This document shows positions 38,728 through 50,306 of a stretch of 64,000 nt of DNA, piece after piece. Both the position numbers and the translations under genes were made by a program. The DNA comes from Methylotenera sp. (GTDB lineage: Bacteria; Pseudomonadota; Gammaproteobacteria; Burkholderiales; Methylophilaceae). Each line of letters opens with the position of its first letter. Position 1 is the stretch's first letter. Location: positions 12,345 to 76,344 of the forward strand of contig JAURWJ010000018.1 in NCBI GenBank assembly GCA_030655015.1, written 5' to 3'. A model generated the notes under the pieces. The model worked only from the letters and a program-made list of their open reading frames with translations, ran no database searches and was not told the DNA's origin.

Positions 38728-40041
38728 ATGGCATCAAAACATATATTAGTCGTTGACGATGAAATAGGCATACGCGAATTATTAAGCGATATTTTGCATG
38801 ATGAAGGCTATCGCGTTGATCTGGCAGAAAATGCCGCCACTGCTCGCGCATTACGCTTACACGAGCGGCCAGACGTGGTATTGCTGGATATTTGGATGCC
38901 CGATTGCGATGGTATCAGTTTACTCAAAGAGTGGGCCAATGCTGGCCTGCTCACCATGCCTGTAGTGATGATGTCTGGCCACGGCACCATTGATACCGCA
39001 GTTGAGGCAACGCGTATTGGCGCCTTTGATTTTTTAGAGAAGCCAATCGCGCTACAAAAATTATTAAAAACGGTAGCCACCGCATTAAAGCATAGCGAAC
39101 AGTTACCAAAATCTGAAATGAGTTTGGCGAACTTGGGCAAAAGCCCAATTATATTAGCTTTAAAAGAGCGATTAGATAAAATAGCCGCCAGCGCAAACGA
39201 TAGCCCTAGTCCCGTGTTGTTAATCGGGCCCAAAGGGTGCGGTGCTGAGTTATGCGCACGCTTTTTACAAAATGCCGATACCTCATGGCTGCAACTCACC
39301 GAGTTGAGTGAATTAGTTAACGCCCCTTTAGATATTTTAGAGCAGGGTCGAGAGGGTGTGGTCTATATTGCTGAAATCGCTGAACTCAGTAAAACTCAGC
39401 AAAAGGGCTTGTTGTTGCTGATTACAAAGGCAGATAAATACAATGTGCGCGTGGTGTGCGGTACCAGCCAAAACCTACCGAAATTGCAGGCTGAAGGCTT
39501 GTTTGACCATAATTTATTACAAATTCTATCGGCGGTTTCGTTGCGTGTGCCAGCGCTTGAAGAGCATAAAGAAGACATTCCAGATTTGGCAATTGCTATT
39601 GCCAACTTGCAATTTGAACTGGCAGATATACCTTATCGTGAGTTTGATATTGCGGCATTAAATGCATTACGCAATGCAAGCTGGTCTGGAGATTTAGCAC
39701 AGTTGGATGCGGTGGTTCGCAACTTAATTCAAACCAGCTTGGGTGAAAAAATCACATTAGACGACGTCAAGAGAGTGTTGCATCAGTTTGACGATGCAAC
39801 GCATGCGGACGCTAAGCTACAAAGCGTTGAGATTTTCAATACGACGGATACGCGTCCTGAAACATTAACTCACTTTAATCAACCTTTGCGAGAGGCGCGG
39901 GACGATTTTGAGCGACGTTATTTTGCCTATCACATTAAAAATGTAACGGGCAATATGAGTAAGTTAGCGGAAATAGCCGGTTTGGAACGCACCCATTTGT
40001 ATCGTAAGTTAAAGCAGTTGGATATTAAAATTAAGGGCTAG
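38728..40041 (+). CDS. ntrX: NtrX-like response regulator (REC, degenerate AAA, Fis HTH)
   Basis: LLDIWMPD, MMSGHGTIDTAV, LERTHLYRKLK; no GAFTGA. Confidence 0.85.
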   Translation: MASKHILVVDDEIGIRELLSDILHDEGYRVDLAENAATARALRLHERPDVVLLDIWMPDCDGISLLKEWANAGLLTMPVVMMSGHGTIDTAVEATRIGAFDFLEKPIALQKLLKTVATALKHSEQLPKSEMSLANLGKSPIILALKERLDKIAASANDSPSPVLLIGPKGCGAELCARFLQNADTSWLQLTELSELVNAPLDILEQGREGVVYIAEIAELSKTQQKGLLLLITKADKYNVRVVCGTSQNLPKLQAEGLFDHNLLQILSAVSLRVPALEEHKEDIPDLAIAIANLQFELADIPYREFDIAALNALRNASWSGDLAQLDAVVRNLIQTSLGEKITLDDVKRVLHQFDDATHADAKLQSVEIFNTTDTRPETLTHFNQPLREARDDFERRYFAYHIKNVTGNMSKLAEIAGLERTHLYRKLKQLDIKIKG

Positions 40042-40139
40042 CTTTAACCGTGTGTCAAATCTTCTAATGTCGCTAGCTTCTATTTTTGAATGGCTAGTAT
40101 AAAGCGCTTCGTTACCACACTGCATCATTCACAAAAAAC

Positions 40140-40781
40140 ATGTCAAAAGAAAACTTACAGCACTTGAGGCAACTAGTAGCGCAACAAGCGGCCCGCATGA
40201 TGGCTGAAGACGGCATTTCTGACTTTGCCTACGCTAAAAAGAAAGCTGGGCGACAACTAGGTGCCATTGATAACAGCATACTGCCCTCAAACGCCGAAGT
40301 TGAAGAAGAGCTTAAACTGTACAACGCACTTTTTCTAAGTGACGAGCAGCCAGAAAATTTACGCGAGTTGCGTAAAAAGGCACTCTTTACCATGCAGTTA
40401 TTAGAAAAGTTTAATCCGCATTTAACCGGTGCTGTGTTGGATGGCACTGCCGGCTTATTGTCTGAAACGCATATTCACCTATTTGCAGACAGCATTAAAG
40501 AGGTGGAAATGTTTTTACTTAACCAGCAGATTCCATTTGATGTGAATGAAAAGTCTTATCGTATTTTGAACGATGGCAAGCGTGATAAAAAAGGCGATAG
40601 TCGCAAAACAGTGCCGGTTTTCACCCTAGAAACCGACGCTGGTTTAATTAAACTCAGCGTGTTTGAAGTCGATGACATCAGAGTGGCGACTAAACGTGCA
40701 GCAGACGGAAGCAGTGCTGAGCGCTTGAATACCGAAGGTGTGAAGACCTTACTTGCTGAAGCTGAAGATCAGCATCGCTAA
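40140..40781 (+). CDS. Conserved hypothetical protein (nucleotidyltransferase-like)
   Basis: AARMMAEDG..AKKKA, LPSNAEVE, LTGAVLDGTA. Confidence 0.75.
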   Translation: MSKENLQHLRQLVAQQAARMMAEDGISDFAYAKKKAGRQLGAIDNSILPSNAEVEEELKLYNALFLSDEQPENLRELRKKALFTMQLLEKFNPHLTGAVLDGTAGLLSETHIHLFADSIKEVEMFLLNQQIPFDVNEKSYRILNDGKRDKKGDSRKTVPVFTLETDAGLIKLSVFEVDDIRVATKRAADGSSAERLNTEGVKTLLAEAEDQHR

Positions 40782-42244
40782 TAAACTGATGGTAGTGATT
40801 TGTTCCATACCACAATTTGGTTTCTACCTGCGTATTTAGCGGCATATAGCGCTTGGTCTGCTGCGCGCATCAAATCAGCGTGATGATCAAAGCGTTGACC
40901 ACCATCCATATTAGAAACTACGCCGATTGATACCGTGACTTTGATAATGCTGCCATCTTCGAGCTGGTGCGCAATGTTAGCCACACTATCTTTAAGACGG
41001 ACTAGTAATTTAGCTGAAGATAGCAGCGAGGTGCCAGGTAAAATAACAGCAAATTCTTCACCGCCATAGCGTGCGAAAATATCATCCTGACGAATTTGCC
41101 CAAAAATCTCGCGTACCACAGCAATTAAAACCGCATCACCAGCCGGGTGGCCATATTTATCATTGATATGCTTAAAGTGATCAATATCAATCATCGCCAC
41201 TGTAAAGGGTAGACCTTGTCTGTTTGATAAATCAAACTCGCGTTGCAATGTATTATCAAAGTAACCACGATTGTATGCGCCCGTGAGCGCATCACGTTGA
41301 GATTCTTCTTCAAGGTCGCGCATTTTGATAAACGCATGCATCTCTAATAACTCTTTGGCCTCAGCCAGAATGCCATTAAGCTCAGATGGATGGAATATGC
41401 TGATTTCAAACAGCTCTTCCACTGGATGCAAGCCGACTTTTATAATCTCGATAATTTCTGTTAGTGCGGCATTATCCAGACCAAGCCAACTTTCGGCCGC
41501 ATCAACTGCAGCGGCAACTGCGCCTTCAGCTTTTGGGTTTAAAAAATAGTCAGCAATATAGCCTGACACAGCAACACAGCCGGTAATGATCGATTCTGCA
41601 TCTTTTGGGCCTGGTTTACCATGGCTGGCAAGGCATGAGAGCGAAATGTAATCAGGCAGACTCCAGCGCTTAAGTAATGCATAACCCACCTCATCATGCC
41701 CGGAACCAAAAGTGGCGCGCTCAGCTTTGAGCAATGCATCATGGTTAGTGGCGGCCATAAAAACAGGCGCATACTCCTCTGGCATCATAGAGTCAAAAGC
41801 GAGAATACCAATGTCTTGTAATAACGCGGCTAAAAATAAATCATCGGGTGTTTTGTACCCTAGTTTTTCTGCAAGGGCACGGCTGGCGAGTGCAGAAACA
41901 ATAGTGCGGCGCCAAAAAATGTTGCTATTAGCACCATTGCCCGCGCTATGTTTCATTAACGAGTTTGTTAATGAAAATGATAATGTAATCATGATGGCTG
42001 CATGTGTACCTAACATGCTGACAGCCTGACGAACGTTATCTGGAGCGCGGCGCGACTTATATAAAGGCGAGTTTGCCGCCTTGATTATTTTGATTGAGAG
42101 CGCAGGGTCGTAGGAGATTTGATTGCATATCTGAATCATATCTGCGTATGGGTCATTGGCGAGTTCAATGACTTTCATCGCAATCGCAGGAACACTGGGT
42201 AATGTCGTGCAAAAGCGAAAGCGTTTGGCTAGGTTTTCTTCCAC
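40778..42244 (-). CDS. HDOD + GGDEF diguanylate cyclase
   Basis: LPSVP..DPALS..ANSP (HDOD); DALTGAYNR, RQDD, RYGGEEF. Confidence 0.9.
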   Translation of the reverse strand: MEENLAKRFRFCTTLPSVPAIAMKVIELANDPYADMIQICNQISYDPALSIKIIKAANSPLYKSRRAPDNVRQAVSMLGTHAAIMITLSFSLTNSLMKHSAGNGANSNIFWRRTIVSALASRALAEKLGYKTPDDLFLAALLQDIGILAFDSMMPEEYAPVFMAATNHDALLKAERATFGSGHDEVGYALLKRWSLPDYISLSCLASHGKPGPKDAESIITGCVAVSGYIADYFLNPKAEGAVAAAVDAAESWLGLDNAALTEIIEIIKVGLHPVEELFEISIFHPSELNGILAEAKELLEMHAFIKMRDLEEESQRDALTGAYNRGYFDNTLQREFDLSNRQGLPFTVAMIDIDHFKHINDKYGHPAGDAVLIAVVREIFGQIRQDDIFARYGGEEFAVILPGTSLLSSAKLLVRLKDSVANIAHQLEDGSIIKVTVSIGVVSNMDGGQRFDHHADLMRAADQALYAAKYAGRNQIVVWNKSLPSVY

Positions 42245-42292
42245 GCTACTTCCGATACTTTATTTCTTTGATTGTTTCATCATAGGCTTTGT

Positions 42293-43324
<1,032 letters not shown>

Positions 43325-43341
43325 TTAACCTAAAAACCGCG

Positions 43342-43477
43342 GTTGTCCACGAAAAACACCAAATACACGAACCAATTTAAAGAACTCCATGCACAGGGTT
43401 AAAACTAATGAATGCGTCATCAATTAAATCCCATAGATTGTTTTTATTTCGTGATTTTGGTGTTTTTCGTGGATAAC
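43342..43477. repeat. Long imperfect inverted repeat with CACGAA motifs (REPIN/MITE-like)
   Basis: GTTGTCCACGAAAAACACCAAATACACGAA (43342-43371) vs reverse complement of 43448-43477, 27/30 identical. Confidence 0.8.
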
Positions 43478-43489
43478 TGTTTTTCGGTG

Positions 43490-44278
43490 TTAAGCAAATA
43501 CTTTTGCCAGCTCTAGCCCAGGCTCAGGCTGACGCATAAAGGCTTCACCTACCAAGAAGGTGTGCACGTTGTTTTGTCGCATCAATGCAACATCATCATG
43601 GGTGAAAATACCTGATTCAGTCACTACGATTTTATGTTCTGGGATGCGTGAAAGTAGCCCTAGCGTGGTGTCTAAAGTGACCTCAAAAGTCCGCAAGTTA
43701 CGGTTATTAATCCCTAGTAATGGGGTATCTAATTGCAACGCGAGATCCAGTTCTTCGCCATTATGCACTTCTACCAGCACCGCCATTCCTAAGCTGTGGG
43801 CAATGGCCTCTAATTCGCGCATTTTAGCTAAATCAATGGCAGCTGCAATCAGCAAAATACAATCTGCCCCCATCGCACGTGCTTCATATATCTGGTAAGC
43901 ATCAATCATAAAATCTTTGCGTAATACCGGTAGGTTACATGCGGCGCGCGCTTGCTTCAGGTACGCTGCCGAACCTTGGAAATAATCTACGTCTGTCAAC
44001 ACTGACAAACAGGCTGCCCCGCCTTGTTCATAGCTCTTTGCGATTTCTGCGGGTTTGAAATCTGCACGAATAATGCCCTTAGAAGGGCTGGCTTTTTTGA
44101 TTTCCGCAATGACGGCAGATTGCCCATGTGCGATTTTGGTGCGAATACTTGCGACAAAATCACGCGCAGGGCTGGCTTTGGCGGCTTCAGCTTGTACGAT
44201 AGCCAGTGGTTTATGCGCTTTGGCGGCGGCCACTTCAATTTCTTTAGTGGCAATGATTTTATTCAGGATATCTGACAT
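43490..44278 (-). CDS. trpC: Indole-3-glycerol phosphate synthase
   Basis: [30 protein letters not shown]. Confidence 0.96.
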   Translation of the reverse strand: MSDILNKIIATKEIEVAAAKAHKPLAIVQAEAAKASPARDFVASIRTKIAHGQSAVIAEIKKASPSKGIIRADFKPAEIAKSYEQGGAACLSVLTDVDYFQGSAAYLKQARAACNLPVLRKDFMIDAYQIYEARAMGADCILLIAAAIDLAKMRELEAIAHSLGMAVLVEVHNGEELDLALQLDTPLLGINNRNLRTFEVTLDTTLGLLSRIPEHKIVVTESGIFTHDDVALMRQNNVHTFLVGEAFMRQPEPGLELAKVFA

Positions 44279-44308
44279 ATTTAGTTTCGCTATTTTTAAA
44301 TTTATAAC

Positions 44309-44761
44309 TTATTGATATTTTTTACCATTCAGCATGACCCACCCAGCTTCGTGATTGCCTTGTGGGGCACGGTGGGTCCAATGTATGACGCCACCTTTCG
44401 GGTTGTATACATACTCACCGTTAAATGTAACTTCATCGCCGATTTGCAGCGGCACTCTAGGCGCCAAGTCAATATTATGCGCGAATAAAAGGGTTTGTCG
44501 GGCGTTGATTTTTACCAGAAACTTTTGGTGCCGTGAGCCTTTGTTGTCGTCCGCTAAAAGCTTGATCACAAAGCCCTTGCCGCTGACTTGTACATCACTA
44601 AGCTTTGCAGTAAAGGCTTGTTCAACCGCTGAGTTGCTAACTTCAGTAACAGCTGAGCCTGTAATTGCAACCGGTTGTGTGTTGTTAGCATCAGGTTGCT
44701 TGCAAGCGCCTAAAGCAAGCGCTAAAAATATGGCAAATAAAAGTCTGGCGAGTACACTCAT
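44309..44761 (-). CDS. DUF3465-like lipoprotein
   Basis: Lipobox LGAC; DDNKGSRHQKF, AHNIDLAPR, IHWTH. Confidence 0.8.
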   Translation of the reverse strand: MSVLARLLFAIFLALALGACKQPDANNTQPVAITGSAVTEVSNSAVEQAFTAKLSDVQVSGKGFVIKLLADDNKGSRHQKFLVKINARQTLLFAHNIDLAPRVPLQIGDEVTFNGEYVYNPKGGVIHWTHRAPQGNHEAGWVMLNGKKYQ

Positions 44762-45774
44762 GCGGTTGTCATTGCGATTAACTGCTGCAATTTTTGCATG
44801 GCCTTACCGCTATCAAGCATTTCAGCAGCGGTTGCGATACCGGCCTGAAGGCTAGGCACTATTCCAGACACATAAATGGCCGCGCCTGCATTGAGCAGCA
44901 CTATGTCGCGCGCTGCACTGGTTTTACCAGATAACACTTTTAAAATCATGGCTTTTGATGCCTGAGCATCATTCACTTGTATGCTGGCTAAGTCGTGCAG
45001 GCTTAAGCCAAATTGTGTTGGGTTAAGTGTGTATTCACGGACGATCCCATCTTTAAGTTCTGCCACATAAGTGTCGCCAGTAAATGAAATTTCATCCATG
45101 CCATCAGCACCGCAAACCACCATCACATGCTCGTTGCCGAGTTGTTTTAACACGTATGCTAGTTTGGTCGTTAATGCTGCTGAAAATACTCCCATCACTT
45201 GGCGTTTAGCGTTGGCTGGATTGGTGAGCGGGCCTAGCAGGTTAAAAAGTGTGCGCACACCAAGCTCACGTCTTACCGGGGCTGAGTGCTTCATCGCGCT
45301 ATGATGATTCGGGGCAAACATGAAACCTAAGCCAATTGTATTGACACAGTTGGCTACTTGTTCAGGCGTTTGGTTTACATTAACACCTAACACTTCCAAT
45401 ACGTCTGCGCTACCGCAGGTGGAGGATACCGAGCGACCGCCATGCTTAGCGACTTTTGCGCCAGCTGCTGCCGCAACAAAAGCACTGACAGTAGAAACAT
45501 TAAAGGTTTGTATGCCGTCACCCCCGGTACCGCAGGTGTCAATTAAATGAGTAGTATCATGAATACTAACTTTGGCGGAGAGTTCGCGCATCACGCTTGC
45601 CGCAGCGGCGATTTCATCTACGGTTTCACCTTTAATGCGGAGTGCTACCAGTAAGCCGGCGATTTGCGCAGAGGTTAACTCGCCTGCCATCACTTGGCGC
45701 ATTAAGTTTTGCATCGTGTCAAAGCTTAAATCTTGACCATTGATGACATGATTAAGGGTTTGCGAATAGTTCAC
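44758..45774 (-). CDS. trpD: Anthranilate phosphoribosyltransferase
   Basis: DTCGTGGDG, KHGGRSVSS, GPLTNP. Confidence 0.96.
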   Translation of the reverse strand: MNYSQTLNHVINGQDLSFDTMQNLMRQVMAGELTSAQIAGLLVALRIKGETVDEIAAAASVMRELSAKVSIHDTTHLIDTCGTGGDGIQTFNVSTVSAFVAAAAGAKVAKHGGRSVSSTCGSADVLEVLGVNVNQTPEQVANCVNTIGLGFMFAPNHHSAMKHSAPVRRELGVRTLFNLLGPLTNPANAKRQVMGVFSAALTTKLAYVLKQLGNEHVMVVCGADGMDEISFTGDTYVAELKDGIVREYTLNPTQFGLSLHDLASIQVNDAQASKAMILKVLSGKTSAARDIVLLNAGAAIYVSGIVPSLQAGIATAAEMLDSGKAMQKLQQLIAMTTA

Positions 45775-45778
45775 AACA

Positions 45779-46342
45779 TCAGGCTTTCAAAAAGTTATTC
45801 AAAAGCGCGTGGCCGTGTTCAGTCAGGATAGATTCAGGATGAAACTGCACCCCTTCAACGGCTAGCGTTTTATGACGCACGCCCATAATCTCGCCATCGT
45901 CAGTCCAGGCGGTAATTTCTAAACAGTCTGGCAGAGTTTCTTTTTCGATGACCAGTGAGTGGTAACGCGTTGCTGTATATGGATTAGGCAAATCTTTGAA
46001 TACACCAATGTTTTTATGATGGATTAGCGAAGTTTTACCATGCATTAATTGTTTGGCATGAACAATATTGCCACCAAACGCCTGACCAATACTTTGGTGA
46101 CCCAAACATACGCCCAGCAACGGAATCTTTCCCGCAAACTCTTTAATGAGCGGTACGCTGATGCCAGCCTCGTTCGGTGTGCAAGGACCTGGTGAAATAA
46201 CGATATGATCTGGCTTGAGTTCGGCGACTTTGGCTAAATCAATTTCATCATTACGATACACCAGCACCTCTTCGCCAAGCTCGCCTAAATACTGGACTAA
46301 GTTGTAGGTGAACGAGTCATAGTTATCGATCATTAATAGCAT
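45779..46342 (-). CDS. trpG: Anthranilate/aminodeoxychorismate synthase component II
   Basis: [28 protein letters not shown]. Confidence 0.93.
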   Translation of the reverse strand: MLLMIDNYDSFTYNLVQYLGELGEEVLVYRNDEIDLAKVAELKPDHIVISPGPCTPNEAGISVPLIKEFAGKIPLLGVCLGHQSIGQAFGGNIVHAKQLMHGKTSLIHHKNIGVFKDLPNPYTATRYHSLVIEKETLPDCLEITAWTDDGEIMGVRHKTLAVEGVQFHPESILTEHGHALLNNFLKA

Positions 46343-46599
46343 GTGACATCCTAAGGTATTGAAATTATTAAACCAACCATTTAATGGCTAATTTGCAGGC
46401 TAATCTCAAACGGCAAAATCCCTGCATAGCGGACTATTTTACCAACGCTTAAAAACTACGTACAGGTAAATGCGCAAAAATGGTAAAAAGAAATAGGTGG
46501 ATTTTTCGCTTGGATAAGGCGGTGGGTCCCAGTGGTAGAATGGCAGTGTTTCCTTCAGCGTGACAACCATCAGCAGCATTTAAGATTCAGGAGAATCAA

Positions 46600-46800
46600 T
46601 TGATTCATTTAAAGGTATTTTGTGTGCTATGTGCGCTTTCATTAAATGCATGTGAGCAAGAAAAACAAGCCTCGGCAGAGGTGGGCGCGGTGCCTAAGCA
46701 AATGATGGATAAAGTTACCAGCGATATTAATGCTGCCACGGTGATGGCGGATGAACGATTTAAAGCAGGCGAAAATCTGGCGGCGCCAGAGAGCACGTAA
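46600..46800 (+). CDS. Small putative lipoprotein
   Basis: GGAG RBS, lipobox-like LNAC, 66 aa. Confidence 0.55.
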   Translation: MIHLKVFCVLCALSLNACEQEKQASAEVGAVPKQMMDKVTSDINAATVMADERFKAGENLAAPEST

Positions 46801-46851
46801 TAATCTAACATTGGATTAATAGAGGTGCCCTTTGCCGCTCCTGCCTGCACT

Positions 46852-46920
46852 GCTCCCTGAGCCTGTCGAAGGGCTATGCCTAATAAAATTGTATCTAGCC
46901 CTTCGACAGGCTCAGGGAGC
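46852..46920. repeat. REP-like doublet, 25-bp perfect inverted repeat
   Basis: GCTCCCTGAGCCTGTCGAAGGGCTA / TAGCCCTTCGACAGGCTCAGGGAGC between convergent genes. Confidence 0.85.
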
Positions 46921-46934
46921 GGTATCTATAATAG

Positions 46935-48014
46935 TTAACAAACGCAAGCGTATGGCGTCGCATCAATTTGCGGCTCTTCACCCAATATCAAAGCGGTGAC
47001 TAATTTGGCGCTAGTTGGCGCCATGGTGAGGCCATATCTAAAATGGCCTGTGTTTAGAAACAGGTTTTTAATGGTCGGGTGCGCACTAATTGTGGGTAAG
47101 TTCTCTGGGGTGCCAGGCCGCAGGCCGCTCCAATGCTTGATAATAGGCTGATCTTTTAGCTCGGGCATAATCGCTTCCGCTTTTAAGCGTAATTCCTCGC
47201 GAACGGTTTCAGTGGTGCCATTATCAAAGCCTACGTCTTCGAGCGTGCTACCTGCTAACAAATAGCCATCAAGGCGCGGTATCATGTAAAAGCCTTCCCG
47301 ATACACCATTTGCTCAAGGTTTTTGTGAGGCTGATAGAGCAGTATTTGCCCGCGCATGGGTTTGATGTTGAGTTTAGCGCTGGTTGCTTTAAGTAAATCA
47401 AAACTCCATGCACCTGAAGTGACTACAAATTGATCTGCAATTAATTTTTCACCAGTGATGGTTTGCCACTCGTTAAGTTGTTGTGTCTCTTGTAGTGGCG
47501 CCAGCTGGGTATTTTCCAGCATAGTGACATTGTGTTGCTCCAGCCATTTACGCATGGCTTGCATCAGGTACGGCGGGCGAACCTGGCAAATAGTGGGTAG
47601 CCATAGTGCATCTTCTCCACTTAACGATTGCACCTTAAAAGCAGAGGCCTTAACAGCCTGTGCCGGGACTTGGTTTTTCTCACACCAAGATACGGCTGCA
47701 TGCTTGTCAAACGCGGGTAGCAGCAAAAAACCTGATTGCGCAAAGTGTGCATCTACGCCTGTTTCAAGTTGCAACTGTTGGCTAAGGTCTCGGTAAAAAT
47801 TTGCACCGTCACGGGTCAAGTTGTTGACAGCCTCGGAGTATTGCCAAGGTAGGAGTGGAAAAACGATGCCACCACCTGCCCATGACGATTCACCTGAGGT
47901 TTGGCTGGCAATTTGGTTACGTTCTACAATAGTGACGCGGCAGCCTCGATTAACCAACTCCATCGCAGTCATACAGCCCACAATGCCGCCACCGATAATC
48001 ATTACATGTGTCAT
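46935..48014 (-). CDS. FAD-dependent glycine/D-amino-acid oxidase (ThiO-like)
   Basis: IIGGGIVG, SSWAGGG, PMRGQ, WSGLRP, GHFRYG. Confidence 0.85.
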   Translation of the reverse strand: MTHVMIIGGGIVGCMTAMELVNRGCRVTIVERNQIASQTSGESSWAGGGIVFPLLPWQYSEAVNNLTRDGANFYRDLSQQLQLETGVDAHFAQSGFLLLPAFDKHAAVSWCEKNQVPAQAVKASAFKVQSLSGEDALWLPTICQVRPPYLMQAMRKWLEQHNVTMLENTQLAPLQETQQLNEWQTITGEKLIADQFVVTSGAWSFDLLKATSAKLNIKPMRGQILLYQPHKNLEQMVYREGFYMIPRLDGYLLAGSTLEDVGFDNGTTETVREELRLKAEAIMPELKDQPIIKHWSGLRPGTPENLPTISAHPTIKNLFLNTGHFRYGLTMAPTSAKLVTALILGEEPQIDATPYACVC

Positions 48015-48031
48015 AAGCGTGTGTTTGTTTC

Positions 48032-50017
48032 CTATTTGGTGGCTATGCGCCCGGTAAGCAATGCATTTTGGGCGTTGGTTAGTCCTGTAGGCTGACCAAG
48101 TAGCACAATAACATCACCTTCGGCGAGTGGGCTTTCAAGTGAGAGTTGTGCGCCGTTAGAATTTGGACGGCGGATAGATTTGATTTCAACCTCAAAGCTA
48201 TCTAATTGTATTTCGGCGAGACGCCGGCCGATCGCATAAGCCCCTGCTGAAATAATGACAGAGTGCAGACGTACTTGTTGTTTTTCTAGCGAGACTTCTT
48301 CTACATCTGAAATACCATGGAAATAACCTTTAAATAATTTATAGCGCTCTTCACGAAATAAACGAATGCGTTTAACAACACGATTAAGCGGCACGCCAAG
48401 TAGCATGAGCGCATGCGAAGCTAGCATCAGGCTACCCTCTAAAATTTCAGGTACGACTTCCGCAGCGCCTGCTGCACGCAGGGTTTCCATATTGGAATCA
48501 TCTACTGTACGGACAATGACAGGTAGCTGCGGGTAGTTTTCTTGTACGATATGTAAAATTTTCATTGCGGCACGGTTATCGGCATAACTGATTACCAAGG
48601 CTTTGGCGCGTGCACCACCTGCAGCTTCAAGCACTACACGCCGTGCAGCATCGCCAAACATGACCGTTTCGCCTGCTGCGGCAGCTTCTAAAACGCGCGA
48701 GGGGTCAATATCCAGTGCAATATAAGGGATGTTTTCTTCTCTCAAAAATCGTCCTAAATACTGACCGCTACGCCCATAGCCGCAGATAATGACATGGTCC
48801 TGTAGCGGCTTGCCAGCATCCTCAATCTCTTGCACTATCTGACCGCTATTGCGGCTGTAGCTGCTTGCCAGTTTTCTTGCAATGCGTCCGTTGTATTGAA
48901 TTAAGATAGGTGCAAGCACCATAGACAGCAGCGAAGCTGCGAGTATCAGTTGCAGCGCTTGACCGCTAATCAGATTTTGATCCGCACCTAAAGCCAGGAT
49001 GACAAAGCTAAACTCACCGGCCTGTGCCAATATCACGCCAGTGCGAATGGCTACGCCAGCTTCATACTTTACAAAACGCACCACAATCGCCACAATCGCG
49101 GCTTTAAAAAAGATAAATGCCACTAAAATTAACAATACCAAACCTATATTGTTAACAATTTGCTGTATGTCTAACAACATGCCTACGCTGATAAAAAACA
49201 GGCCGAGCAAGATGTCGCGGAAGGGCGAAATGTCCGATTCCACTTGGTAGCGATATTTTGTTTCTGAAATCAGCATGCCTGCAATAAATGCGCCTAGCGC
49301 ATAGGATAAGCCGGCCATTTTGGTGGCAAATGCTAATAATAACGTCACCATCAGTACATTCATCACAAAGAGCTCGCGTGAACGTTGGCTTGCCACTAAA
49401 TTGAACCAAGGGTTGATTAGCCATTTGCCGATGGTGAATAAAAACAGCAACATGGCGGCAGCCTTAAGCATGGCTATACCCAGTACATCTATCAAGTTGG
49501 CATCAGCCATACCCAGCGCTGGGATTAGCACCAAAATTGGTACCACGGCAATGTCTTGAAATAATAATACACCGATGCTCAGGCGGCCATGGCGTGAGTT
49601 TAAATCAATCCGCTCAGCCAGAATTTTAGAAACAATCGCCGTAGATGACATGGTTAATGCCGTGCCAACGACAAACGCAGCCGGCCAATTTAGCCCAGCA
49701 AGTTTAGCAACGCCCATTGCCAAAGCCAGCGTGATGGCGACTTGCGCACCGCCTAAGCCCAGCACTTTTTTACGCATGGCGTAAAGCTGTGGCAAGCTAA
49801 ATTCCAAGCCGATACTAAACATCAAAAACACAATGCCGAATTCTGCAATCTCCCTGTTAGCTTCAGTATCTGGGAGTAAACCAAAGGTATGGGGTCCTAG
49901 CGTTAGACCCACCAAAAAATAAGCCAGCATTGCAGGTAATCTAAATGCACGAAACAGTGCAACCGCAAGTACGGAACTGATCAGTAGAATTAAAATTAAA
50001 GGCAGAGTGTCAAACAT
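48032..50017 (-). CDS. CPA2-family cation:proton antiporter (Kef-like, TrkA-N/C domains)
   Basis: SSTAIV, LFQD, LAQAGEFSF, ICGYGRSG. Confidence 0.9.
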   Translation of the reverse strand: MFDTLPLILILLISSVLAVALFRAFRLPAMLAYFLVGLTLGPHTFGLLPDTEANREIAEFGIVFLMFSIGLEFSLPQLYAMRKKVLGLGGAQVAITLALAMGVAKLAGLNWPAAFVVGTALTMSSTAIVSKILAERIDLNSRHGRLSIGVLLFQDIAVVPILVLIPALGMADANLIDVLGIAMLKAAAMLLFLFTIGKWLINPWFNLVASQRSRELFVMNVLMVTLLLAFATKMAGLSYALGAFIAGMLISETKYRYQVESDISPFRDILLGLFFISVGMLLDIQQIVNNIGLVLLILVAFIFFKAAIVAIVVRFVKYEAGVAIRTGVILAQAGEFSFVILALGADQNLISGQALQLILAASLLSMVLAPILIQYNGRIARKLASSYSRNSGQIVQEIEDAGKPLQDHVIICGYGRSGQYLGRFLREENIPYIALDIDPSRVLEAAAAGETVMFGDAARRVVLEAAGGARAKALVISYADNRAAMKILHIVQENYPQLPVIVRTVDDSNMETLRAAGAAEVVPEILEGSLMLASHALMLLGVPLNRVVKRIRLFREERYKLFKGYFHGISDVEEVSLEKQQVRLHSVIISAGAYAIGRRLAEIQLDSFEVEIKSIRRPNSNGAQLSLESPLAEGDVIVLLGQPTGLTNAQNALLTGRIATK

Positions 50018-50306
50018 AGCGAGTCGTGTTGATTGAGAGTTGTTTAACTATCATTGTTTCATAGATGCGTTAAATATGGTGAGTGGCTTTAAATTTTTTA
50101 TTTGAGCAATGCGGCTCAATTTTTGGTGCGTATGCGGCGACAATAGCAAAATCTGTGCCCAATATGCAATTTTTTGATAAATTTTGCTTAAAATTTGACG
50201 ATTCGTCGTGCATTAGGCTTTATCAGCAAGGCATTCCCTTTTATACTAGCTTATAAATGTTTGAATTATTAATTTAGCTAAATTTGAGGGTATAAATTTA
50301 ATCGCA

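Noticed and set aside
38728-40041. Degenerate AAA domain without GAFTGA in NtrX
   Set aside because: Loss of a canonical GAFTGA is known for NtrX-type regulators, so this is not novel
46343-46430. u[22 protein letters not shown] upstream of trpG as a trp attenuator leader
   Set aside because: Only one Trp codon, no clear RBS and no terminator/antiterminator pair
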